Source of the DNA: Eledone cirrhosa
Taxonomy: Eukaryota
DNA length: 64,000 nt
Assembly: GCA_964016885.1 (NCBI GenBank)
Contig: OZ024742.1
Span: forward strand, 231,880,001-231,944,000
Reading direction: 5' to 3'
In this document: piece after piece, positions 39,394 through 51,975 of the stretch
Layout: each line of letters opens with the position of its first letter
Numbering within the stretch: the first letter of the stretch is position 1
The notes under the pieces: generated by a model
What the model saw: only the letters and a program-made list of their open reading frames with translations
Database searches by the model: none
What the model was told of the DNA's origin: nothing
Translations under genes and position numbers: made by a program

Positions 39394-39958
39394 GGTGGTC
39401 AGGGTGGCCATGATCTTTTGTGTGGTTTTCACCACGAGTAACCCTCGGAAGTTTCCCCTCTTTTGGGGAATTTTTGTTGTTTGAATTTTTTTTTTTTTAA
39501 ATTTGTTTTTACACATTTCTATCTTGTAACCTTTTTACACATTTCTATCTTGTTATAACCTTTTTACACATTTCTATCTTGTTATAACCTTTTTACACAT
39601 TTCTATCTTGTTATAACCTTTTTACACAACCCAAACCCACTTTGTATCTTCCTGTACCGTTCTGTGCCGTCTGTAATGTTTGTATTCGTGTTAGCCCAGA
39701 AAGTGTTAGCCAATAAAGAAACCATTATCATTATGGCAGTATCGGTAGAGGGTCGGCCGCCATGCTTTCCAGCATAGTTACGTCCCTTTACAGTCTGAGT
39801 TCAAATTCCGCCGAGGTTAACTTTGCCTTTCATCCTTACGGGGTCGATAAAATAAAGTACCAGTCACGCACTGGGATCGATTTAATCGACTTTCCCCTCC
39901 CCCCAAATTACTGACCTTGTGCCTATATAAGAAACCATTATTATTATTATTATTATTA
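38968..39958 (+). mobile_element. Cluster of three SINE copies (38968-39168, 39172-39391, 39733-39958) interleaved with a Tx1 3' end (39395-39732)
   Basis: A-box and B-box heads, conserved bodies and (ATT)n tails. The Tx1 piece carries a 29-bp unit repeated about 4 times (39509-39627). Confidence 0.85.
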
Positions 39959-40119
39959 TAGTTGCATTTATATTGCTTTATGTTCATACGAGTTATCACC
40001 AAGTCACAACCAGTGACCTCAAGAGACAACAAGGTCCGCCATGTTCAAGAAAGAACATACATACACACACATGCATCAAGTGTTTAGACTTGTGATGTAC
40101 TTATATTGACAGAATCTTC

Positions 40120-40830
40120 CTTAGTATATGGGCAGTGCCCATTAGTACTATCTTTTATATTTCTCCTATACGCGGGTTTCCTGGGATTTGCGATAAATAA
40201 CCATTAGACCCCTTAGGTATCATTCCTAGAGCGCCTACAACCACTGGTATTGTTTTAGTTCTCAATTTCCACATTTTTCAAATTTCTATCTCCAGGTCCT
40301 TATACTTGCTCAATTTTTCAAATGTTTTTATAGATACATTCTTGTCTATTGAAACGGACATATCAATTAACAGGCATACCCTCTTTTTAAAGTCCTTCAG
40401 TATTATATCAGGTCTGTTTGTATCTATTTTTCGGTCTGTTTGGATGCTAAAGTTCCACAAGATTGAGATGTGATCTTTTTCAAGTATGGGAGGTGGTTGA
40501 TGCTCCCACCAATTCTTTTGATGGTAAAGGTCAAAATGCTTACACATTATCCAATGTATGTATTGTGCAGCTCTGTCATGCCTATTTAGGTATTCGGTTG
40601 AAGCTATAGGACTGCACATTGAAATTATATGATCAATGGTCTCTGGTTGTTTTTTACAAACACGGCATAATGGGTTGAATCCATTTTTTATTATGTTGGC
40701 TTGGTAATTTTTTGTTGGCAGACACTGATCTTGTGCTGATATAATCAGTCCTTCAGTCTCCGATTTCAGTCCAGAGGATGCCAACCACTGTTGGGTTAAA
40801 GTTTTGTCAACATCAGGATTGTTAGCTCGT
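40120..40830 (-). pseudogene. Zinc knuckle and restriction-like endonuclease of the same element
   Basis: CRVCKKQPETIDHIISMC, RHD, NRPDIIL..LIDMS and EKLSKYKDL. Confidence 0.9.
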
Positions 40831-40909
40831 TCTGGGTATTTTCCATACAGAGGTTTTTCTTGCCATTTCTTAGCCAGTTTCTGTAGCAGTTATTTCTTTG
40901 CAGTTACTT

Positions 40910-42721
40910 TTACCTGCTTTGCTTTTTCTGTGTTTTCCATTTCAGCAGTAAATGGGACTTCTGAAATGTGTAGTCCATTACTGTATCTTTGGAGTATGAT
41001 CTTTTGATGCTTTCGTGTTTCAAAACGAGTTTGATCATCCAATCATGTGATTCCCTTAGATATGTAGATAATCCAATTGTTGCAATTTTCAACGCAATAT
41101 CTAACTGGATTAACTCACGTCCTCCTTCTTTCCTAGGGAGATATGTTCTATCTGTATCTGCCTTAGGGTGATGCATTCTGTGCATGGTTAAGAATTTTCT
41201 AATTTTTATATCGAGCCTACGGATCTCTGTGCTTGACCAGTTGATGACATTGTAACTGTAGGTTACTACTGGTATGGCAAGCGTGTTTATGGCATCGATC
41301 CTATTCCTTGCATTCAATTCCGTTCTTAAGATTCCTCTTACTCTGCGGTAACATTCCTTCCTTATCCTTTCCCTCATTGTCGAGTGCTTGATTCCGTCTC
41401 CTTCACAAACACCTAGATATTTGTAAGTTTCCTCTTGATCAAGTTCTCTTATCACATTCCCCCGATCAAGATTAATGTCTGAACTTTTCAGCAGCTTTCC
41501 TCTGGTGAACGTTGCTTTGGCGCATTTATCTAGTCCAAACTCCATTTTAATGTCACCACTGAACTGCTCCACAGTGGATAATAGCCCTTGCAATTGTTCA
41601 TCATTTTTTGCAAATAGTTTCAGGTCATCCATGTAGAACAAGTGATTAATGGTTTTGTCATACACTTTATATCCATGTTTTGTTTCATTGAGCATTTTAC
41701 TTAATGGTATAAATGCGATGCAGAATAAAAGAGGTGATAAAGAGTCACCCTGAAAAATTCCACAATTAATATTAACTTCTCCAGCTTCCAATGATTTTCT
41801 TTCACTATTCAAAAGGAGTGTCGTTTTCCATGTCTTCATACTGAATGACAGGAACCTCCTGACAACGGGGGATATTTTGAAAATCTCTAAACATTTTTCA
41901 ATCCAACTGTGTGGCAAATTATCGAATGCTTTTTTATAATCTATCCAAGCAATTGATAGATTTTTGTGTCTATTACGACAATCTTCCAGTATCAGTTTGT
42001 TAACCAAAAGCTGATCCTTACAGTCATATGAGCCTCGTTTACACCCTTTCTGCTCATTGGGAAATAGGTCATTTGTTATCAGGTGGTCATATGTATATTC
42101 AGTTAGGACTGATGTTAAAATTTTATACATTGTGGTTAAGCAAGTTATCGGTCTGTAATTTTGGGGATTGTTTGTCTCATCATTCTTCGGAAGCAGGAAT
42201 GTAATGCCGTTAACTAGCCTTGATGGGTTCTTTTCTGGCTCCTTAACTATTTCATTGTAAAGTTGGGCTAACAGCTCATGAGACTCTGTGAAGGCATTTA
42301 TCCAAAAATTTGGTATTTTGTCTTTTCCTGGGGATTTCCATTTGCTGGTTTTTCTAAGAGCCAAAGGCAACTGTTCAACTGTTATATCTTCCCATATTTG
42401 TTCCTCAAGGTGAGCTGTATCTTTCGTTTGTCTGTCTATCCATGGGGTATGTATATTATGAACTTTTTCTTCGGCCCAGATCTTTTCCCAGAATTCTTGC
42501 ACTTCCTCCTTGGGTGGTATTGATTTAGCAGTTATTGTTGACTTGCCAATTTTTCTGTAGAAGTTTCTTTGGTTATTTTTTAACATATTATTGTCCTTAT
42601 AGAATCTAGATCGTTTTTCAAAGCGCCTTATACGAGCAGCTTTGGCCGACACTTTTTGCTTGATTATTTCTATCAGCATGTCTATGTCACTTGTTGATTT
42701 TATACTGTATTTTCTTTTCAA
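40910..42721 (-). pseudogene. Reverse transcriptase domain of the R4/Dong element (603 aa open segment)
   Basis: WKSPGKDKI, NYRPITCL..MYK, EQKGC, WIDYKKAFD, GIFQGDSLSPLLF, HLFYMDDLKL and YKYLG. Confidence 0.95.
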
Positions 42722-43896
42722 TTTTCTAAGTTTAGTTTGTTTAACATGTTCACCTACTTTGTAGTTTGTTAAAATTTCTATGTCAGATCGGAGAAGCTTT
42801 ATTTGGCGATTGATGTTCTCTTGCCAAGTAGATTTCTTGGTGACTTAATCGATGCACAATAGAATGATTTAAATCAGTAATGTTTAGTTTGTTTGTGATG
42901 ATAATGTTTTTAAGAATTATGTTAGTCTTGTGTATTATCTTTTGGTTCTGTTTGGAGTTCTGGATCTTAGGGAGGGTGTCTCGTTCCCCCATGTCAGATT
43001 CTTTCATTTTCATCCATTCGATCATAATTTCATCCTTCAAGTTGGCAAGTTAATTCTCATTCATTTCTTTATAATTTACGATCTCATTGTTTTCTTTTTT
43101 AGTTTCATCTTGAGCATGCACTCCCTCCACTTTTTCGATCCTTTCTTTAATTTGTTCTGTTGTCAGTGATTCCGCTCCAACCCTGTGATTCGAAGTGTTA
43201 CAGTTTACCTCGTTTTCACTGACACATGTTTCATTTTCCCTTCGCTGATTTTGTGCTAATAGCTTGATCTGATCAATTTCTATATCAGTTAGTAACTTTT
43301 TTTAACAATATTTCTTCGTATATTGGCTAGTTTGTTACTATCAATATAGCCTCTGTTTGCGGGATGTTTCTTTTTCCAGTTGATATATGTCTGTTCTGTA
43401 TTCGATCTATTTGATGGGTAGTACATAGCAGTGTAGAAAGCCTCAAGGACTTCTTTATTGTCTTCCTTTGACCATTTTTCTCTCTTTTTCTTTGGATTTC
43501 TTGGTGGTGAGCATGGAGGGCCAACAGTAGGAGTATTCCGGTTATGGGAAGTCTCCAGCTCCGAAGTGATGGGAAGATTTGAACCATTAGCTGATTTTTC
43601 GACCCCAGTCTGGTTCCTCTCTGAGGGACGCGGCCCTTTTTGACCCGGGTGATGGCCGATCCGGTATGAGATTTTATCATTTGACATTTACTTTATTTTG
43701 TCGCGTTTTATCCTTAACCGCCAAGGGGTAATCATTTCGTGTTACCACTTCTAGGACGAGTGTCAACCAAGACTAGAGGGGTCGTCCTCCCCTAGAGACA
43801 CGGCTATTCCCCGCCGGCCGCCATCCCGGTATTTCTTGGTCACGGGTTTTCTTTTTTGTTGTTTTTTTAAATTGTTATCATAAATTGTTATTATAA

Positions 43897-43928
<32 letters not shown>

Positions 43929-44129
43929 GTTCATTTTATAGATCAGAGGCTTTGGATTATCTCCTCCGCTCAACAAAGTACCAAAAGACGTTTCCTCCAG
44001 AATTTAATTATGGTAAGATTTTTACCATCTACCATTACCTAAACATTAATTTCACTCTACTTGATTATCTACTGATGCTCTCTACCCCCCCCCCCCCCAC
44101 CCACACATTCTCAGTCATATCTTATTCAT

Positions 44130-44315
44130 CGTGGATTGGCAGTATCAGTAGAGGGCCGGACGCCATGCTTTCCAGCATAGTTACGTCCCTTTACGATCTG
44201 AGTTCAAATCCCGCCGAGGTTGACTTTGCCTTTCATCCTTACGGGATCGATAAAATAAAGTACCAGTTATGCACTGGTGAATTGCTGGCCTTGTGCCTAA
44301 AGTAGAAACAATTAA
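44130..44315 (+). mobile_element. tRNA-derived SINE, short variant
   Basis: gtggattggcagtatc head, gagttcaaatcc B-box and conserved body. Confidence 0.9.
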
Positions 44316-44419
44316 TTACGTAAAACATCTTACACTAAAGAGAATTAAGTAAAGAGTGGGTGGTTAAAAAGTTCGCTTCGAGTGCATCGAGTTCAGTCCC
44401 TTTGTATGATGATAATAAT

Positions 44420-45240
44420 AAAATAATAGTAATAACAAAATTATTGTGTACAGTGTTCAGGTGCACTCATCAAATGTGCATGTATAGTACATAGAATAAT
44501 GTACAAATGTCAGGAAAGTGAATAGTGTATGAGTCATGATATACATGTGTGCATGTGTAGGGGGGGGGGGGATATTAGGTGTAGTGTTGGTGAATTTCAG
44601 GAAGCATGGAGGTTTTAAAGGATGCTGAGTCCCGGCAGCTAACAACTGATGCAGGTAGTTTGTTCCATGCTTCAGCAATTCTGAGCGTGAAAAAATGTTT
44701 CCGAAAGTCATGGGAGCTGTGGTGCTTTCTGACTTTGTAGGCATGCCCACGGATGTTAGACACATGGAATTCAAAAAGGTACTCAAGGTTGTTGTTGGCA
44801 AGATGGTTAATAATTTTGTGGGTGTTTACCAAGTCAGTTGCCAGGCGTCGGAGCTTCAATGTATCCAAGGCGTTCAGAGTATGGTAGATGCCTGATGGAG
44901 GGTATTCACTTGGTTGCACGTCACTGAACAGTTTCCAGGAGATTAGTGTTGTGGAGGGAGTCCTTGATCTATTGATGCATTGTGTTCAGGTCTGATGGCA
45001 GGAAAGATTTATAGTGTTCAGGATCTGTCCTTTTTATCTCAAGGTACAGCTTGATGTCATCTACATATTTCAGCACTGTGGTATTCTTTAAGTTGGCGTT
45101 TATGTCATGCAACAAACAAAAGGAGGCTAAGAACAGATCCCTGCGGTACACCAGATGTCATCTCATACGGTGAAGAATGCTGTCCTAGAACCGTGACTAC
45201 CTCTTTTCGACTGAGAATCAAGGACTTTAACCAGTTTAAA
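44420..45240 (-). mobile_element. CR1-clade LINE 3' fragment
   Basis: VPQGSVL, KYVDDIKLY, LKLRRL..DL, RGHAYKV and RKHFFTLRIAEAWNKLP. Confidence 0.85.
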
Positions 45241-45344
45241 AAAATGATATATTGGATAAATGGGTTGACCAATGCCTTGTAAGTGAAATTTAGCAGGCGA
45301 AACTCGGTGTATGTACGTTTTTCTGTACATTTGCAGCATAGGAG

Positions 45345-45466
45345 TTATGGAACTTTACGTTCTGAGTTCAAATCCCGCCGAGGTTAACTTTGCCTTTATC
45401 CCTTACGGGGTCGATAAAATGCACTGGGGTAATTGCTGGCCTTGTGCCAAAAGTAGAAACAATTAT
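45345..45466 (+). mobile_element. tRNA-derived SINE fragment
   Basis: B-box and body match the other copies. Confidence 0.85.
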
Positions 45467-45699
45467 TTTATACATTTTTACTAATAGGGATTTGGTTTCT
45501 AAAATAGACACAAGACTCTTTCATTGGAATTGAGACATCAGCTATGTAAATTTGTATGAATGTCTATATGCGTGTGTGTGTGTGTAGGAATGGGTGTGTG
45601 GATCTGTATGCTTTGAGATATATGTGTACACGTGCACATGTTTTGTATCTATATATGTGCATATGCAGTTATTACATGCAAAAATGTATGTATATATGT

Positions 45700-46450
45700 T
45701 TTTCTTTCTCTTAATTTCGAGTACATTTTTGACCGGCCACCTTCCTGGTGGCAAGGTAGTAAAAGAAAAGAAATTGTCATCCATCCCTTGAATCACAAGA
45801 ATGTTTTGCAAATTTTGAAGGTGCCAGTTATCGTTGTCTATGAATTAGGGAGCTGCGTTCTTTGCCCACAAATCCAAGTTCAATCATACTTTGGTCCAAG
45901 CGGGTCGGTATATAACCTATAGCTCCAATAATGATTGGTATGAAGCTGAAGGTGTATCTTGGATACTGGATCTGCAAACTCCTCATCAATGGTCCGCAGA
46001 TGTCCTTCTTCTCTGTCTTCTTATAACGTTGATATCAAGTGGTCAGCTGATCTCTACAACAGAGCACGTTTTATGTGTTGTCCCAAACAACAATATCAGG
46101 CCAGTTGTGCTTTAATTAGGTGTCAGTTTTTATTTTCAGGTTCCACCAGTATTCCTTAGTGCCATCTGTCTCAACATATTCCTCCTCATTAATTTTTAAT
46201 TTTGTTTTCCTAAGTGCGTTCCAGATGGTTCTAGCTATCACATCGTGTCTCATAGGGAGGTAGTAGCGAGACGACATTCTTTCCCAGTTGACAAAAATGT
46301 GGCTAACATCTTCGATCTTTGTTTTACAAAGCCTACATTTATTGTCGACTGATGGCCCTCTTCTTTTGTGTAGCAAATATTTGGTAAGGATTTCTTGTTC
46401 CTGTATTACATAGAGATATCCTTCAAGGTGGGATTTCATAAACTTGTCGG
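45700..46450 (-). mobile_element. R4/Dong-like C-terminal fragment (different family)
   Basis: EGYLYVIQEQEI.TK, CRLCKTKIEDVSHI, RHDVIA, WWN and HNWPDIVVWD. Confidence 0.75.
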
Positions 46451-46452
46451 AA

Positions 46453-46489
<37 letters not shown>

Positions 46490-46566
46490 GAGTTAAACAA
46501 GATCCAATGAGTTTTACAGTAGATTGGAAGCACTCTACAGGTAAAAATGATTTTCCAAAGTTATTA

Positions 46567-46854
46567 ATATTACAGTACAAATATTAATAAAATAGATGTT
46601 CTTTTGATCATTTAAATTTTATTATACATATTTCAGAGGTTCAACAGTACGTCCTCATCAGACAAAATATAATGATACATGACATACCCTGAGATGTTAA
46701 ATGGTTAAGATTTAAATCTTAACCATTTAACATCTCAGGGTATGTCATGTATCATTATGTTTTGTCTGATGAGGACGTACTGTTGTACTGCTGAAATATG
46801 TATAATAAAATTTAAATGATCAAAAGAACATCTATTTTATTACTATTTGTACTG

Positions 46855-46860
<6 letters not shown>
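46567..46860. repeat. Near-perfect 294-bp palindrome with no spacer and an HHR fold in each arm
   Basis: Centre agattt/aaatct at 46713/46714. CUGAUGA...GAAAUAUGUAUA/AUAAAAU occurs at 46616-46668 (-) and 46759-46811 (+). Confidence 0.9.
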
Positions 46861-46918
<58 letters not shown>

Positions 46919-47702
46919 AAGTGGTTACACAACAGTTAGTTCTACCTAACTCGTCCCATGGACTGAGTGCTCTACCACTACGGATATTATCTTCCAGTGT
47001 TCTACCACTATATATATATACATACACACACGCATACACACACACACGCATACACACACACACTCATATATATATATATATGAATGTGTGTGTGTATGCG
47101 TGAGTGTGTGTTTCTATGCCTATGATTAAGTTTACTGTTTGTTTATGTTATGTCTCGTAAATTAGGATTTCGACAAATCGGGATTGATAACATAATCACT
47201 AGACGTGAAAAAACATATCCTGGTTATATAATCGACTAAATTCCATGATCTTAATTCCACGGTATGTTTGCAAACCTAATAACTGTAACCATTAAAAAAA
47301 GGTAAAAATGAATGTACGTTTTTGTATAATTTATATATATATAGTTAATTGTGAAATGTATGGTTAGAATTGTTTTGGGCAAGCCAGTACAATGCAAGTT
47401 AAAAATACTAGAGTGAAAACTAGAGAAGAGTTACAAAAGAATAATTTACACTTTTACCTTATATTTCACTATATTTCGAGATTAAGATCACTTTTTCAAA
47501 AGAAAGGAAATGGATTATGACGGTAGCGACTATCTTAAGCACATAATTATAGATATTTTATAAATATTCCTGCTGTAGATTAATATATAAGTAGAATTAC
47601 TTGATGGCGATAGTCGCTCACAATTTCAGAAGATTCAGTGCTTTTTATCGCTAGGTCTGTTGATGTCAAGTCATGTAATTTCTCAACGCGTTGAATGAAA
47701 TA

Positions 47703-48740
47703 GACTGGACCTCCGTTGGTTTCAACACTGTGTTTTATCAATGGTACAGCCTGCTCGTGAAACTAACGTGCAAGTGACTGAGTACTCCACAGACATGTGT
47801 ACCCTTAATATAATTCTCAGTGGGATTTGGCGCGACACAATGTATGACATGGCTAACGCTTGGCATGACAGGTAAATAACCGATGGGCTTCCAAATAGTT
47901 TCCGTCTACCCGGTTTCACCCACAGGCTTGGGTCGACCCCAAGGCTTTGGTAAATGATAATTGCCCCAAATACCCCCACTGTGAGATCGAACGAGGAAAC
48001 TAATAATTGCTACGAAACGAAATTCGTAACCATTCTGCCATGCTGCGTTCGCATCTCATAGAATGACACTTATAGACAAGAGGGAATTCATAGCTATTAA
48101 TGTTTGACACCTAGTGAGAACATTTAATTATTTAAGGCACTTCACAGTAAATCTTTTAATTAGTTATATCTAAATATAATATACTTTTAGATACTTAAAA
48201 CAAATTGATGTATGGAGGCACGTATTGACAATCTAAAGGGCTTCTGAAATTGCGGTCATTTATTTGCAAACATATTCTCTCCGATCAACTTGAAGGTTTA
48301 GCCTTTAATTGACAATGATGATGGACATCCGTCGGTTTTGGCGAGGCTGTTCTAGTTATTCTATAAACGGAACAGCCTGCTCATGAAATTAAAGTGCATT
48401 GCAGAAACATGAGTACCTTTAACTCACGGGGAGATTCACTGTGATACACTGTGTATGACAATGCTGACCCTTTGAATTATAGTGACAGTCTATCTGGCGG
48501 GGTTCCAAACAGTTTCCGTCAGCCCAATTTTACTTACATGGCGCTCAATGGGATCGAGCCTGAGACCTAATGATTGTGCAGCGAACTTCTTAGACATGCT
48601 GTTATATTCTCTGTAGCATACCACGAAGGTACGCGGCTGAGTGGTTAGAGAATTGGATTCACAATGGTGAAGTTGTCATTTCGATTCCCAGACCGGGGGA
48701 TGTGTTATGTCCTTGAGCAAGACACTTTATTTCATGTTGT
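47703..48740. mobile_element. Cluster of a second SINE-like family (copies about 47703-48040, 48322-48600, 48628-48740; also 53494-53770)
   Basis: Recurrent cagcctgctcgtgaaa.taa.gtgca...gtaccctt block, plus tRNA-like heads (gcggctgagtggttagag...ttcgattcc) followed by a ccttgagcaag CORE-like motif. Confidence 0.6.
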
Positions 48741-49115
48741 TCCTTCTGTCTGGAGTTGCGACCGATAGATAGTATCAGCAACTGGAGCGACCAATGGAAA
48801 CATTGTTTCCTTGGTCCGATTTGACGAGCTCCACCCCACTCGTTAAGCGAATGAGGTCTGGGATCTTGTCGATCGGCTATATTCTATATTTATATTTTAT
48901 ACAACGAAACATTAATTATGCCGATAAATTGAAAGATCTGGGCAGAGTCGGATTGAGATTTTGGTAGGGCCCTTGGCTATAACTACGATAAGGTATACAG
49001 TAATTGGTTTGCGCAATTGCTTGGAAACAGATTCATCCTCACCTCAAATAACAGTAATGTATAATGAATATAACAGTGTAATGTTTCTTTATATAATTAT
49101 GAATGTACGTATGTA

Positions 49116-49167
<52 letters not shown>

Positions 49168-49169
<2 letters not shown>

Positions 49170-49246
49170 GGGTTTGCCAAAAAATGTATATACATATTTA
49201 ATTTATTAGAATGCTGTTGAAGTGTGTATGCATTTTTTGGGACAAC

Positions 49247-49249
<3 letters not shown>
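49168..49249. mobile_element. Tiny Tc1/mariner-type MITE (about 82 bp) in (TA)n
   Basis: Imperfect TIRs cagggtttgccaaaaaatgtata...tatgcattttttgggacaacctg with TA flanks. Confidence 0.65.
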
Positions 49250-49312
<63 letters not shown>

Positions 49313-49767
49313 CTAACATACGTAATTCAAGAAGATAAAAAAAAACAAGTTATTTTTTACATACCCTATTATCGTTAATTACATGTTTAACTATGCAGCA
49401 GACTCCTCACATGTACGAAAATAACTTGGTGTACCTAATTTACCGAAACGAATAAGTTTCGTTTCAGCGTAAATGTTCTAATCTCCCTCTCCAGCACCTT
49501 TTGGTAATGTAAATATATCATACCATTTCTAATCTAAATTTCGTCCTTAACCCTTTTTGTGTTATGGATTGTTTGATTATGACTCTAATTTTCATTCTTG
49601 TAAGAAAAATATACTTAACACTCCATGTATTATTGGGAAAAATCATTTAGTTAACTTAGGATAAAAATCCCATAACTCCTTGTGGAGTCGTAGGGTACTT
49701 TTAACCCTGGCGGAGCACAACCCTCTTCAGGTCTGGGCACAGCCGATTTTTTCTGTAGAGGAAGAAT

Positions 49768-49925
49768 CGACCCCAGTACTGGACTGGCACTTTTTTTATT
49801 GGCCTCGAAAGGATGAAAAGCAAAGTTGATGCTGGCGTGATTTGAACTGAGAGTGCGCAGTGACGTCGGACAAATACTGTAAAGTATTCTATCCGACGCC
49901 TTAATGACTCTGCCAATTCGCCGCC
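49768..49925 (-). mobile_element. tRNA-derived SINE, diverged
   Basis: The reverse complement begins ggcggcgaattggcagagtc, followed by B-box and body. Confidence 0.8.
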
Positions 49926-50524
49926 TATTTAGTTGACTTAGAAGTATTTAATTAGATACGAAATGGTATTAATTAAAACAAAATATTGGCTGCAACATGA
50001 TAATAATTGTTAAATATTTACCTCGGGTGGATATTTTAGTCTTGATGAAAAAAATATTTATTAATCTCATGCAGATATTAAGTTGAGCAAACAAACAAAT
50101 ACTTTCGTTCAGATAAAGAAAGTGAAAATGAAAAAATAACAGAGATGAATAGACATGTAAAGATAGCATTGGATGATAAGCTTGATTCGCTGGCTTTCGG
50201 CTAACGCCTGCAGCAGACTTGAAATATTCGCATCGCACACATTTTATAATTTAGTAAATAAAATGATTCACCTATAATGTATATAAGTTGAATACATTGT
50301 ATTTTATATCGATTGAATTCATAACTGATAGTCTGAACGACTTTCAGGCTTTGCAACAACTCCTATCCCCTGCAATCATCACTTTATATATACAATATCT
50401 TTTCATCGTCTACAAGAATGATCAAATCTGTTGGATCTCCAACTGTTGAACAATTAGCATAGAGCTGGCCATTGGGAAAAGCAAGATGAAGAACAGACGT
50501 GGAGGCAGGCACATATACATTGTG

Positions 50525-50574
<50 letters not shown>

Positions 50575-50703
50575 TTTGTCGCATCAATAGTCTGAGGAGC
50601 AGATCGATACTGGAGTAAGGTCCAATCCTCTGCGAAACGCGCGTTATGGGTCGATACGCAATAAATATTTTTCATATGTAAATGAAACTTCCCCGTTTTT
50701 TCT

Positions 50704-50734
<31 letters not shown>

Positions 50735-50742
<8 letters not shown>

Positions 50743-51581
50743 CACATGAATCAAAGTTCTGTTCAAATCATTTATTAGCTTACAATTGTTTCATCCAAAC
50801 CGAGGTTTAGAGTCTGCGGAGCAATTTTTCAATGTTTGTTTACATACATGATCTCCTTTCCAACACAAGAGACATACAGATACATATGTATATATCGATG
50901 CACAGTGGGGTGACATCCATTATAATATTTTTGCATGGCAATTTAAATTCAAAAATTAAAATCATATTAAAACAGAATCAAAGCAAAATTAAAATTAAAA
51001 TACATCGGCAGTTTACGTAGGTAATGCAAGAGGATAGTTTGTTAGTCAGTTGTAGTAGTTATTGTATGCAATAGTTACACGTGGGGCATGCACGTGTGTC
51101 TTATTTATATATGATTATTGTGCCGCAAGGTGTTATATGCCATACAAGCACTTTAAGCGGGTAATCAAGAGTATTATGGAGGTTGTAGTGGTAAAGTATT
51201 TTTCGTGTATGTTAAAGGAGCTTGTGTGCAGAGAAATATTATAAATGAGAAGCAAAATAATGTTATGGTTTTTGTATACACCACCATTTTCACAATTCAG
51301 GAAACGTAATATATAGCTTATGTCCTTCACATAATTAACGATGATTCAGTATTGGATGTTTGATGTATTAAGTTAAATTATTACATTAAATTATTACATT
51401 AAATGGTTTGAACAGAACTTTGATTCATGTGAATTATATATAACTGATGTTATTACATTGAGCTATTTATCTTACTGGTAATAAGGAAGTAATAAATTAC
51501 TGTCTTTCACTGTTTAGGGTTTAAAATATATATAACTATAAAAAGTTTTAGTATATACATAACCATAAATAGTATCCTTAA

Positions 51582-51585
<4 letters not shown>
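50735..51585 (-). mobile_element. PLE pLTR-like module with HHR remnant (50777-50822) and inverted terminal copy
   Basis: GCU-CCGCAGA-CUCUAAAC-CUCG-GUUUGGAU-GAAACAAUUGUA/AGC. 50735-50773 is inverted at 51401-51441, and 51440-51580 matches 24655-24765 inverted. Confidence 0.65.
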
Positions 51586-51661
<76 letters not shown>

Positions 51662-51719
51662 CGTTTCTGAATTTGTTTAGCAAGATTCTTTATCTGAAAT
51701 CGTGTGTTGAAACCGATAT

Positions 51720-51975
51720 TGTTATACTTTGGGAGGGTCATGTTGCCAATAAGAAACACACGCACCAGTTGCTTTCACTTCAATTTATTATATATTTATA
51801 AATTTATAAATTTATAAATTTCTGGTTGGTTGGTTGGTTGGTTGGTTCCACAACCAGATAGTTGTTTATATATAGTCATAGTTCTTTCATCACACACTCT
51901 GTGACCTCTTCAGTGACTGGGGATTCCTTTCTTTGTTTCTGTCCCTCTCCTTTGTTCTGTCCTACGCCATTTTGT
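51720..51975 (-). mobile_element. LTR-like repeat end, second copy at 58703-58915
   Basis: Both copies start tgttatactttgggaggg (minus-strand ...CA end with an upstream AATAAA) and align over about 200 bp. Confidence 0.5.

Larger units (their letters stand above)
39961..43896 (-). mobile_element. Near full-length R4/Dong-clade non-LTR retrotransposon (RT + CCHC + REL endonuclease), frameshifted
   Basis: ORF pieces 43289-43687, 42783-43040, 40910-42721 and 40278-40784. (TAA)n tracts lie on both sides, the known Dong target type. Confidence 0.9.

Noticed and set aside
39509-39627. CRISPR-like 29-bp repeats
   Set aside because: Tandem units without spacers in a eukaryotic LINE 3' UTR.
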